From: Gemmatimonadaceae bacterium
GTDB lineage: Bacteria; Gemmatimonadota; Gemmatimonadetes; Gemmatimonadales; Gemmatimonadaceae
Reading direction: 5' to 3'
DNA length: 32,394 nt
Assembly: GCA_035310785.1 (NCBI GenBank)
Contig: DATGDQ010000287.1
Span: forward strand, 1 to 32,394
This document shows positions 32,339 to 32,394 of this stretch, piece after piece. The first letter of the stretch is position 1, and each line of letters opens with the position of its first letter. The notes below the pieces were generated by a model. It was not told the DNA's origin. It saw nothing but the letters and a program-made list of their open reading frames with translations, and did no database searches. Position numbers and translations under genes: made by a program.

Positions 32339-32394
32339 GAGCTCCCCCTGAAATTCAACAATGTGGACCCGGCCTACGGTGTTCGGCCTAAGTA

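Noticed and set aside
1-32394. Mobile element, prophage, tRNA/rRNA or known defence-system content
   Set aside because: I could not recognise a transposase, integrase, recombinase, terminal inverted repeats, a tRNA cloverleaf or restriction/abortive-infection/CRISPR-type genes. The intergenic regions are mostly under 220 bp. Only the left-edge SSAP-like gene hints at a phage or mobile origin, and it is reported as a finding, not as a mobile element.

Overview
The window is GC-rich (about two-thirds G+C by eye, not computed) and densely coding. It looks bacterial. The gene content (PadR + ADOP orphan permease pair, tolC-MFP-RND operon, fused membrane/spermidine-synthase-like protein) suggests Gemmatimonadota or Acidobacteriota, but that is inference only. 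I support about 26 protein genes, and most are ordinary metabolism or envelope functions: endonuclease IV, P5C dehydrogenase + PhzF-like isomerase, a GGDEF cyclase, panD, two M20 peptidases, PadR + ADOP permease, an EamA transporter, an RND efflux operon, a DUF892 protein, a P450, a DUF4142 lipoprotein and msrA. I found no rRNA, tRNA, CRISPR array, transposase, integrase or recognisable defence system. Many long ORFs in the track are mirror-frame artefacts of high GC (Arg/Ala/Ser-rich, antisense to clear homologs). Several real genes start well inside their tracked ORF, and I re-derived those starts from the DNA. Four places deserve a second look. (1) At the left edge, a compact operon sits behind an AT-rich island: a protein with a Rad52/Sak/DdrA-like annealing signature, then an atypical ECF-type sigma factor, then an overlapping charged ORF. 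(2) A cytochrome P450 is separated by only 5 nt from a 1017-aa multi-TM protein whose spermidine-synthase-like domain carries a SEPSNPW motif in place of the canonical Asp-rich active-site motif. (3) A plus-strand gene run encodes a secreted beta-rich protein, a secreted 6-Cys protein with a JAMM/MPN-like E...HxH...SxxD pattern, a degenerate stand-alone receiver domain and msrA. (4) A secreted, almost entirely Thr/Ser/Pro low-complexity 'mucin-like' protein has DS-punctuated repeats. All functional calls come from motif recognition by eye; nothing was searched against a database.
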